Source: Intoshia linei
Taxonomy: Eukaryota > Animalia > Orthonectida
Length of the DNA: 58,243 nt
Direction of reading: 5' to 3'
NCBI GenBank assembly: GCA_001642005.1
Contig: LWCA01000079.1
Span: forward strand, 1 to 58,243
The position numbers and the translations under genes are program-made. Of the stretch, positions 18,217-29,724 are shown piece after piece; the first letter of the stretch is position 1, and each line of letters begins with the position of its first letter. Under the pieces are notes generated by a model. That model did no database searches. It saw only the letters and a program-made list of their open reading frames with translations, and was not told where the DNA came from.

Positions 18217-19393
18217 ATGAAACCACTACGAGATACATCGATACGTAAAGAACACATACATTTGAATAATAAAGACATCATTTCTAGACGCAATAAATTT
18301 TTGCGAATCAATGAGAAATTGACATTACCCACCGAAGCTCCAATAGTAGTACCAACCAAAAAGAAAAATGTATATCCAAAAAAGATTGTAAAACCAACTT
18401 ATAAATTAAAAACAGATGTTGACATATATAGTAAATCCATCTTGAAAATTGAATCCCATTCTGTTGTACCGAAAAAAGAACCTAAAAAAATGAAAAAAAA
18501 TATTTCAAATCTATCATTTCAAGAATTACTTAAATTTGCGAATGATCAGCACCAAAAGATAAATATTGAAAGTCCGCTGAAAAAATTGGAAACTCAGTTT
18601 GAAATAATCTACAATAAAAAAAGTTTTTTTTTATTATAATTATTTTATTCATGTTTAGAACTTAAACCCCTTCGTGTTCATGAATCGAAAAGAAAAATTG
18701 TTCAAATAAAGTCAACTCAGAAAACTAATAATAATGCATCTTTAGTTAATGTTAATTCATTAGCGAAAGAGACTTTTAAAGTTAAACATCAAAGGAAAAC
18801 ACATTATATTAAACGGAATGTTGAATGTGACGAAACTGATGAGTTAATTTACTATTTGTATGTATCTTTATTTTTTTTAATAGATATGAACATGATTTCA
18901 TAGAAGATAGTGATTGTTCCAATTTTAAGTACAATCAAATTCAATCTGTTTTTGGTGAAAAAAATAGGTATTTAATTTTTGACACAATTTAAACTTTTTT
19001 TGAAAACTCATTACTTTATTCCGTTTTAATTTAACTTGCAATCTAACAAGATTCAATTTTATACGATTAAAATATTTTTTATATAATTATTATAATAATC
19101 CAAAAATTTATTAAAATTTAATCTAAAAATCAATTTTTTAACGTAATGTTCAAACTTAAATCAGAATAACAAGCAATGCAAGCTAAGAAATAATTATTTT
19201 AATTAACTGATATTTAGATTCATGGATGAAAACGATTTATCAGATATGGATGTTGGGTTTCATGATATTCAAAAAGAAGAATATATCAGGTAATAGATAT
19301 TAAATTTAAATATATTGGTGATTTAGTTCGAAAATAGCACGATACGAAGATGAAGTAGAATATAAAAGACTACAAAATAAAAAATTTCATTAA
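18217..19393 (+). CDS. SPT2-like histone chaperone (short, divergent)
   Basis: Lys-rich exons with LSFQELLKFA. C-terminal exons DENDLSDMDVGFHDIQKEEYISSKIARYEDEVE match the SPT2 domain pattern (M......Q.EE..S......ED). Confidence 0.7.
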
Positions 19394-19402
19394 ATTTTTT
19401 AA

Positions 19403-22400
19403 TTATCCAGTTAAAATACAAACTCCTCCATTTTCTTTTAATTTATATTCTGCCATTTTGCTAATATATCTTGCCTTTACAACTATAGGTCTTGGAGGTA
19501 AATGTCCTTTACCAAGTAGCTTTTGATATCCCTAAATATACACGTTTATATTGTTATTATTTATCAGTTTCACAATTCAATGTGCTCACATTGGAAGACG
19601 TGATAATTTTCACAACTCAAAATATAATAATAAAAAAAAACATTAAAAATGCTATATTTGCATTTCTCAACAATTCCGTTGAGATTCTAATATTATAACT
19701 CAATACATTAAATTTGACCAAGAAATTTAAGTCTTAGTATTGACAATAAATTATAATGATACTGATAAAACATCATTAATTTATCTTGGCGTTAGCTAAA
19801 AAATTCAATCTGGAGGAAGAATCAACCAACCCGTTCGAATTTTTTATCTGATTATTAAGACATGATGAGATTGATTATGTAAAACGTTCAACAACACAAA
19901 TGAGTCGTTAATTGTTAAAAAAATCTATCATGTGATCTAAGTTTAATTTATATTAAGAATTCAACCAGTTGCCCAGGTGAATTTTGGTGGCCTATTTAGT
20001 AAATATGTAAATTTTTAAAACATTTTCTACTATAATGGTTGATCATAGTAATTTTAATTCTGAATTTTCAGATTGTCCTGGATATATTTTGTTGAATATA
20101 CCAGAACCGTTTCTCTAGAGTTAAAATTGAAATTTATCAACTGTAAAATTTCAAAAAGGGGGTCCGTAGAATATTTTAATATAAAAAAGTGGGACACGAA
20201 ACTAAAAAAATTGTCAATCCTGAATCTATGTTTATGAAGCATACATTTTAACTTTCATTATTAACAAAAAAATATTACATTATATAAATTTTTTTTTATT
20301 ATTATTTTTTATAACCTGGATCCATGAATATAATAATCAAAATTAATTGTGAAATCTAAGTGAAAAATTAATTTCATAGAATAATATAAAAATATTCAGT
20401 GATTTGGGAAATCTCTTTGATCAACTGTGATGCACTGAAATTTACTATTTAGTACTTGATTCATTGTGATTCACTAAAATTTACTTGAATTCACTAAGAT
20501 TTACTGTTTAGTGTGGCCTCGAAAAACTTATATGTAAACAGTATATACATTAGGGTGTCACATTTTTTGGAAAATTTCAGAATTCGATGGGCAATTAGCA
20601 CTAAAAGTGTGTATTTTTAAAATAGAAAGACTAATTCGCAATCAAAAGCATTTAACGCTATCTATTCGAGTTGCGTTTGTCATTTTAAATACTACGTTTT
20701 GATTGCGAATTAGTTTTTCTATTTTACAAATACACATTTGTAGTGCTAATTGGCCTTGATTCTTTGATGAGTGTGACACCCTAATTTACATCCACGACAA
20801 ACTTGATCGGTAGGATAAAAATTAAAATGGTTTTCATTCCATATTCTCAACGTATTATCTTTATATATCCGCGTGTCTTTTTTCAGAACATCACGTCTAT
20901 AAATTCTACCTAAAAAAAAAGTGTTTATTATCAAATCAGTGTTGTTCGCCGCATAAACATTATAGTAATTATAATACACCCCATGATATTCCTTTCCAGC
21001 CTTATGAACTACAATTTTCAATTTAAAGTAGGATATTATTTACAAAAGTATTTGATTAAATCCGGGGTTACCAGAATTTTTTTATGACGGATGGGTAATA
21101 AATTATACAAATTTATTACGGACCATAAAAGTAAAATTACTAGGAAAAATTAAAAAAAATTGATTAAAAACGTAATAAATTGACTTTTATAACTAGTAAA
21201 AAAATTTTCAAAATTATTTCGTGGACGGACATTTTTGTATTTGGGAAACGCTGAATTAAATGTTAATTTTGTTTTTTTTACTTGCAATAATATAGAGCTC
21301 AGTTCACAAGGAGAATATAGATTCTCTTTTCAATTACAATATATAAAATATTTCGATATTTCATGATTTTAAATTAAAACAAAAAATTAATGCCCTGAAA
21401 TGAAAAGCTAACTGAAAAATTGACATTTTAAGGCAGGATGCACAACCTTTCCACCAATTCAGCCGCAAATCTACTTTACTCATTGATACTGCGGTGGCAC
21501 AAAATTTACTTTGACATTGAGAAAGTGGCCAAAGTCAAAAATGTAACGTTTGATAAAAATATTTTAAATTTTCATTGATAAAATCTGATTTAAACATTTT
21601 CAATTTGGTATAAAAAAATATATGGTCACATGGATTGATTACAATCGCATGCGGCCGTACGACAGAATATTGTTCACCCGTTTTAATGGTTAATTTAAAT
21701 TATTAAAATCAATCAATAAATTTCTGTCACTAAACAGTAAATCTTAGTGAATCAGAGTTGATCAAAAAGATTTCCAAAATCACAATGAATATTTTCATTC
21801 AATATTTGTCAGTGCATTGAAAAATTATATTTTAATGAGGTGCTCAAGAATTTATGGGCTGTTTGAGTCATTGCATATTTTTATATCCATCTTATTTATA
21901 TTATTCCATGTAACTAATTTTTTTACTGTAATTCACTAAAATTCATAATTTGTAATGTAAATTACTGTGATTCACTGTTTAGTGATATCCAATAAATATC
22001 ACATTTACTTACATAAAATTCATTGTCAGTTCACTAAAATTGTTATATTCAACGATAATAAAGATGAACAAATCAGAATACATAATTGTAATTATAAGAA
22101 ATAATTTGTCTCTAAAGGGTTGGTAAAATTCAATTTCTCAAAATAAATATAAAAATTTTACCGATTACCAGAATTAAGTTTAATGCAAGAATTTGTAAAA
22201 ACAAATATAATAAACTAACTTATTGTATTTAAAATAAAAATTACGGCTTCTCCAATATCAATAACGATAGGTTTTCCTATATTTTTAGAGTACTTTTCTC
22301 TTTGTTCGATAGACAAAAGTCCCCACAATTGTTCAACATTTATAGCCTTGCACCAATTTCTATTAGGGTGAATGTGAAAATCTCTCATACCCTTCTTTGT

Positions 22401-22641
22401 AAAATAACCGGGGTGACTAAAATATAAATTATACAGTCAATTAAATGAAAAAACTATTTATCAAAGTTGATTCGATGATGAGTCAAACCACCAGCATTTC
22501 CTTTACCACCTGGATTTTTCCTGTGTTTTCCGATACGTCCATGTCCGTGACTTACATGACCTCTCAATTTTCTACACTTTTTGACTTTTTTCTGAGGCTA
22601 CTAGGTTAAATTAAATGTAACCAATTACTTACTAATGCCAT
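19403..22641 (-). CDS. RPL27A: 60S ribosomal protein L27a (uL15), 4 exons with a 2.7-kb last intron
   Basis: [45 protein letters not shown]; last exon 19403-19530 [36 protein letters not shown]. Confidence 0.95.
20551..20783. mobile_element. Palindromic hATm-type MITE
   Basis: TAGGGTGTCACA...TGTGACACCCTA with long inverted arms; 8-bp TSD ATATACAT/ATTTACAT. Confidence 0.8.
21434..21680. mobile_element. hAT MITE (family shared with 56146-57231)
   Basis: CAGGATGCACAAC terminus; TSD TTTTAAGG/TTTTAATG. Confidence 0.65.
21728..21983. mobile_element. CACTA-terminated non-autonomous element with subterminal repeats; related end at about 20390-20514
   Basis: CACTAAACAGTAAATC ... GATTCACTGTTTAGTG termini; repeated ATTCACTAAAATT units. 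Confidence 0.5.
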
Positions 22642-22755
22642 TATAAAATTTAAATTTGAATTTACACGTGAGACAAATAAAGTTGAATTGTTTTTAATCA
22701 AACTCAACAAAATTTTATTTATTATTCTTAATTTAGTTTCCAAGTAACTGTATCA

Positions 22756-25700
22756 ATGGGAATAAAAGGATTGACCAAATTGTTAAGGAGCATTGCGCCA
22801 TCTGCCGTAAAAGAATGTAAAATTGAAAATTTTTTTGGTATTTTGATGAAAAAGATTTTATAAAACAATTTAAATAGGATATAAAGTTGCTATTGATGCA
22901 TCAATGAGCATTTACCAATTTTTAGTAGCCGTTCGCTCCGGAAATGATAATTTACAAATGGATGGTGAAACCACCAGGTTTTTGACGCTCTTTTGGTTTT
23001 CATATTATAATTTATAGTCATTTAACGGGTATGTTTTATCGATCGATTAAGTTAATGGAAAAGGGAATTAAACCTATTTTTGTTTTTGATGGAAAACCTC
23101 CAGATATTAAAGAAAATGAAGTAAATTAAAAAAATTCATTTAAAATTAAAATTTATTTAATTAAATTAGTTGATTAAACGCAAGGTTCTCAAAGAAAAAG
23201 TTACTGAAGATTTAAAAATTGCTCAAGAGGAAGGGGATATGGAGACTGCCATCAAGTTATCAAGGCGTCTTGTACACATTAAACCAGAATATGTCGATGA
23301 GTGTAGAAAGTTATTTTCTTTATTGGGAGTGCCATATATTGACGTTAATTCTTGAGTTTCAATTTTAAATTTTTTAGGCACCAGGTGAAGCAGAAGCCGA
23401 ATGTGTCAATTTAGTTAAATTAGGATTTGCTTATGCAGTTGGTAATATTTTCATTAATTAAATCAAAAGTACATTTATTCCTTTCATTTAGGAACCGAAG
23501 ATATGGATGCACTTACTTTTGGTGCCAACGTTCTTTTACGACATTTATCTCCTTCAAATGAAGCTGCGTAATTTATTATTTTGCAGAAATTTATTCATTT
23601 TAGAAAAAAACAACCAGTTTTAAAATTTACCTTGAAAGATATATTGAATGATACCAAAATGTCTAAAGATCAAGTAATAATAAAATTATATCATTATTGT
23701 GGAAAAGAGTGGTGCCAATTATAAATGTCTTCATTTTATAATATAATAATAATTGTCAATTGCGCCAATTTTATATTCTGTTATTATTTTGGCTACGATA
23801 AACACTGCAATATGCTTATTTATCAATTATATTGCGTTCATTATAATAATATATTTTTTTTAGTTTATAGATTTATGTATATTACTGGGATGTGATTATT
23901 GTGCAAGTATTAAAGGAATTGGTCCGAAAAAAGCAATTCATTTAATAACAAAATATAAGAATATCGAAGAAATTATTAAAAACATAGATAAAAACGTAAT
24001 TTTTAAATATATTATGTAATAAAAAATAATTATTTCAAAGATGAAGCTAGATTTGATTTTGATATAAAGCATTAATTTTTAATAGTCAACAAATTTAGAA
24101 ATACCTTATTCCTGAAGATTGGAATTATGTGGAAGCAAGATTTATGTTTAAAAATCCTTTGGTATCAGACAAAGAAAACATTAAGGTTAACAGTAACTAT
24201 CTAATTATTAAAATATTTTACAGTGTGCATTTAAAAAACCGGATGAGAAAGCACTTATCGATTTTATGGTTAACGAAAAAGGATTCTCGTAATATTATAA
24301 TTCGGGTGTCTACTTGAATCCAACCATTTTTATATTAAAGATCAAAATTTACCAACTCTAAAAGGAAAAATTCAGTTTTACTAAAACTAAAATGAAAAAA
24401 TCATTTAAATATACATAATACTAAACCTCTAGGATAAATTCCAGTTTACAAATTTCTTTCCAAACTGGATTTTCCATTATAGAGTTGGTTAAATTGGGTT
24501 TTTTACCTAAGAGTTTTTGAAAATTAATTTTTTCGGTAAGGGTTGGTAAAATTGGAATTTTAACTTAAAGGTTTGTGAAAATTAATTTTTCCCTTAGGGC
24601 AGTGTTTCTCAACCTTTTTTACTTCAACGCAGATCCCTTATGAAATTTTAAAAAATCGCGGCATCCAGGCATAATCAAAATTCACAACCAAAAGCATGAT
24701 CAAAATTTTTTTCGCATGTCGTATATATAAAACAATTTGATTTTTAATTAAAAAATTACGCTTTTAATATTGAAAACAAACTTTTTAATAATGAAATTTA
24801 TTTTTCCTTCTCAATGAGAAATTTGGGCCTGATATTTTCTACAGAGGTTTTATATATTATATTTAATTTTTATTAAAGAATATATTTATGTAAAATTAAA
24901 ATTAAAAACAACAGTAATTTAGAAAAATATGAGAACCACTTCCTTAGGGATTTGTAAAAGTGGGTTTTGGTAAAAATGGTTGGGTTTAAGAATATTCTTT
25001 TTTAATTCTATGAGGTTTAGCGAAACATCAAAGTATAAGACGTTTTTCAGATTTTTTTAAATTTTAATAAATGGAGTGAATGCTGGAGAGACATAATCCA
25101 TTTGAGCGATACATCTTAGAGCTACATAATCTTCAATTTTGTTAATGAATCATATTTTTTATTTTTTGACAATATTTTTGTGGTTTTTTCAATGACAATA
25201 ACAAAAATTTTGTTAGATTTTTAACGGAATTTTTACCAAATTGTTAAACATTTTGAGGACAATTTTTTAGTTTGTACGGAAACATTTTATGGAATCTTCA
25301 AAATATTTAAAAAATTGTAGAAAAGATATTCTTTTAGAAACCCTACAAAATTTTGATCACAAAATTATGAGTATAAAATAGTTAAAATAATAACATATGA
25401 ATAAAGAAACCCACTAAAATTTCGCGAAAAAATCAATATGATAAATTAGTAAAATCGATTATGTCGCTCTAAGATGTATTGTTGGAACAATACATCGCTA
25501 AAATGAATGTCTTTTCAGAGAATGGGCGTCCTTTTAATCTAGTCATTACTAGGGCAAGTTTTCTTCTGGTTTATAATACTATCGTTTTTTGAACGTAATC
25601 ACTCACTATATTACGTATAGAAAGGATAGAATAGAAAACGCATTAAAAAGACTACACAAAGCTAAAGAAAAAAGCAACCAATCTCGAATGGAAAGCTTTT

Positions 25701-28072
25701 TCAAAGTTTCTTCAACAAGAAAAAGTGATACAGTAATATTTTTTGAAATTTGTTTTTTTTGAATAGTTAATATAGCAATATATGATTGCAATAATTTTCA
25801 AAATTTATTAGTACAGTCCGATCCCGAGTTGGGGCACTTATTTAATATCATGTTAGTTTCATAGTACATTTGTATTTCTTATTTTGTACTATTTACTATA
25901 AATAATGTCAAATAAACTTCCTTTTAGGGAACTTTATATTTTTACTAAATTAAATTATGATTTTAACTTATATAATATGCTACGCGATTTTTGTTAGTGT
26001 GTGTGTTACGCTTTATTTAAATAACTTCCCATCTTAGAATTTTATAAAGTCCATTTCAATTACAGTGTTTTACGGGAGTGTTCGTAAACATAATTTCAAC
26101 CTCCCAATTTCACATCTTACGGGTCAAAAACCCCAGTTGTCTCTCTTTTTGATAATCAAACGAGTTGGAGAATTTAAAAAATATATAAGCTGATACAGAT
26201 TTTAAAATCATAAACATTACCATAAATTTAAATTTAAAAAAATTAATTTAAGATAAAACGTTATCTGAACGAAAACTATAGTTAATGTATGCAATGAGTA
26301 AAGGAAAAATATATCGAATAAACAGGAAATTGTATATTTTGTGAGTAATCAAGTGATGAATGTTAATTTTGATGAAGCAATACCGTCAACAAGCGGACCT
26401 AATGATGTTGTTCTTTTTCTTTTTAAGATAATTTAACATTTTTTTACCAAATTGTATTAAGGAACTCTATGAATTTAGGAAAAAAAGAAAAGCTTTCGAA
26501 AATAAAACAATAAGATTACCGGTTATGTTTATATAGATTAATATAATTTATCATCTCATTTTTTTTATCAGATCTTATGTATACTAATACATTAGTACAC
26601 TAAAATTTTATGGTTTTGTTTTAATATTCCGGATTTTCTCAAATTTTTATATTTTATTTATACATTTTTCAATACTATAAGTCTATTTTTTAAATAAATG
26701 CATTATTTTTTTGACGACCTCATCAACGAATCATTATCAAATTTCTTAATCTCATTAAACATATCATTGTTCAATTAATTTAATAGATAACAGAATTTTA
26801 TCATTACCCTCAGTTTTTGGGTCACTTTTAAAAAAAGATGTCCAAAACGGGATTATACTGCATTAATATTTCACATGTTGAATGTAAAATGCATGTTAAA
26901 AAAATTAAAGAAAGAATATTACATTTTTTGAAGTACATGTGTATGTGTAATATGTACAATGTACATTGTACCACAGAGTTGTTTAAAAAAAAATTAGCAC
27001 ATGAGCAGAGAGTATGCTTTGATATGTTAAAAATAATATGCCGTTATTAAAAATTCTCTATTCTCAAAAAACATTAAGTTCAAATAAATTTTTGGTAATT
27101 ATAAATTTTGGAATTTTTGTATTTGACCAATATTACAAAAACTTTTTTTATGGAAAAAGGCCCTGTGAGGCTAAATATTTAATTTTTTCACTCCAAATTT
27201 GGTATATGTCTGTCTTAGTGGGCGTACATTAATCGTATGCGTGTTTAAAATAAAATCATAGTCGCCAATTAAGAAAAAGGGGATTAATAAAAAATATAAT
27301 TTGAAACAATCTTATTTTTTTTCATTAATTATAACATTTATATTTATTATATTTATATATACTATACATTATATATATTGATATACATTTATATATAATA
27401 TTTTTTAATTCAAACAATATTTTTTTAAAAAATCCTCTTAATTTAACCACAAAATAAAAAATTCAATTTTACCCACCCTTAAAGGAAAATCTCCTGTTTC
27501 TTATATTTTTTTGAAAAACACGATTTTACCAAATCTTATGACAAAAAAATCTCTTATTTCAACACAAAATTTTACAAATTCTTAAGTGAAGTCTCCTTTT
27601 ATCTATATTTATTAAAAAAATCTAATTTTACCAAACCCTTAATAATATTACAATTTCTTCAGTTAAAATGGCTGATTTATTGATCTAAATAAAATATGCC
27701 TTTTTTTGTCGGCTTCAATTTAATTATCCCATAAATATAGGATTTAAGGAAAGATTTCTATAAAATATATTACAAACATTAGGTATTTTTTAATTCATTC
27801 TACTAAATATCCAAATTTTACTATAGGATTTTTTTTGATCACAACTGTATATATTAGTTATAAACGGTGGTCAAATTGCCCTTGATTCGATTTTTGAGAA
27901 TGGTTTACTTTATTTTAATTGTTGTAAACTGTTAACGGCTTTACAAAACGCTATAATAGACTATTCATATTATAAAAAATTTAAAATTAAATGATTGTGT
28001 CAATATTAATAAATTAAAATTTAGAATCATATTGACACTCCAAGGCCACCTAAGAAAAAAATAAAATTATAA
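22756..28072 (+). CDS. FEN1: Flap endonuclease 1 (multi-exon; last exon 28025-28072 tentative)
   Basis: [92 protein letters not shown] box [11 protein letters not shown]-like PPKKKIKL*. Confidence 0.95.
24304..24999. mobile_element. Complete foldback (MULE-like) element with 9-bp TSD
   Basis: Right terminus GGTTGGGTTTAAGAATATTCTT and degenerate left terminus; TSD TTATAATTC/TTTTAATTC; arms of about 31-bp repeats. Confidence 0.75.
24600..24941. mobile_element. hAT (Charlie/Buster-type) MITE nested in the foldback element
   Basis: CAGTGTTTCTCAAC...GAGAACCACTT; perfect 8-bp TSD CCTTAGGG. Confidence 0.85.
25962..26245 (+). mobile_element. Helitron-like repeat, 5' fragment
   Basis: TAACTTATATAATATGCTACGCGATTTTTG start and shared core. 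Confidence 0.75.
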
Positions 28073-28139
28073 ATTTAAATAAACTTTATCGACAGTTGTT
28101 ATAGAAATTTTATCATTTATAGTTACAGTTAATTTAAGT

Positions 28140-29696
28140 ATGTCGGAAGAATTCGATGTCGAACGAATGCTTGATGAGAACTTTGAGCGTCAATCTGTAA
28201 ATTATGATTTTAATATTTTAATAATTAAATTTTTAGAGACGACGGAAAGAGTACTGTTGTTTCATTTGTGTTTTAATTATTTTTAGACGGAAATCTAAAA
28301 GTCCTAGTCGAGATCGGGAAAGAAGAAGAAGGTAAACTGAATATATTTAAATGTAATGAATATTTAGATCTCGAAGTAGAGAAAGAGACCACGATCGGGA
28401 CAGGCGTCGAAATCGAGATTATGTTGAACCTCAACGGAAACAGAGAGAAACTGAATTTGAAAGAACGTATAAATTTTTATGTATTTAAACTACAAATATT
28501 TAGTCTTACTGCCGAAGAAAAGGATATGAGAACTGTTTTTTTGATGCAATTGGGACCTCACGTAAGGAGTCGGGATATTGAAGACTTTTTTAGAAATATC
28601 GGCGAGGTTTTAGATATTGAATTTTAAAAACCTAGATTTAGGTTAGAGATGTTAAATTGATTATGGACAGTAAAACTAGAAGGCCGAAAGGGATTGCCTA
28701 TGTAGAATTTTACGACATTGAATGTGTTTCTAAAGCAATAGGCATGACTGAGCAGATATTAGTAGACAGACCTGTCAAAATTATTGCTTCCCAGGCCGAA
28801 AAAAACAGAATTGGATCAGCAAGTGTTCCATTATATAAACAGCATAAATCCACACTTGTAAAGTTGTACGTGGGAAATTTACATCCGAGTGTTACAGAAT
28901 ACAACCTGGAACAATTATTCGAACCATTTGGACGAATTGAAAACATCCGTTTGGAATATGAACGATTTACCCGGAAATCTTTAGGATATGGTTATGTCAC
29001 GTATTCTAGAGGTGAAGATGCTAAGAAAGCGTTGGATAGTATGAATGGATTCGAATTAGCTGGAATGCACACTAGAGTAAGTTATTGCACAGAAAAAATT
29101 GCCGAAATGCACCCGGGAGGTCTCGATAACGACCAAATGGATAGAGCTGGAATAGACCTTGGAGCTACAGGAAAACTTCAACTGATGGTTTTATTAATTT
29201 AAAGGTTTTTTATCTTTTAGCAAAAACTCGCCCATGGAACCGGTATGATTGTACCCACTAGTTTACCTTCTCATTCGACCACATCGCGTACCGTTCAACA
29301 GCCCGGGATGTTTGCGAAAGCTAAAACTGTTGCGAGTACTACTTCGTGTTTCATGTTGTCCAACATGTTTGATATCCGAACGTAATTTTATAAAAATTTG
29401 TTGTACATTAATTTAGTGAAAACGATAAAAACTGGGACAAGGAAATTAGAGACGATGTGATCGAGCAGTGTGCCAAGTACGGTGGAATTATTCATATTTA
29501 TGTGGATAAAAAAAGTGCACAAGGAAACGTTTATATAAAGTCTCCATCCAATGAAATGGCAGAATCAGCAGTTAATGGATTACATGGTCGATGGTTTGGT
29601 GGTAAAATGATTACTGCAGCATATATACCCGTACAAAATTATCACAAACTTTTTCCATCGGCTGCTCATCAAGATAAATTGCTCAAAGTAGATTAA
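28140..29696 (+). CDS. RBM39: RNA-binding protein 39 (CAPER-alpha): RS region, 2 RRMs, UHM
   Basis: MSEEFDVERML, RS micro-exons, LTAEEKDMRTVFLMQL, KGIAYVEF, LYVGNLH..FEPFGRIE, GIDLGATGKLQLM, CFMLSNMFD, GNVYIK..LHGRWFGGKMITAAY. Confidence 0.93.
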
Positions 29697-29724
29697 ACGC
29701 AATTAACTGTATATTTTATTACAA

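Noticed and set aside
20746-21021. 91-aa minus-strand ORF as a gene
   Set aside because: Runs into a MITE, lies in a repeat-filled intron and has no recognisable motif.
19531-22244. Intronic snoRNA in RPL27A as in vertebrates
   Set aside because: ATGATGA at about 19862 has no suitably spaced CTGA, and no clear H/ACA structure was seen; the intron is mostly transposon-derived.
26479-26521. Alternative last exon of FEN1
   Set aside because: Embedded in repeat-like sequence; the exon at 28025-28072 gives a better NLS-like tail. Not fully excluded.
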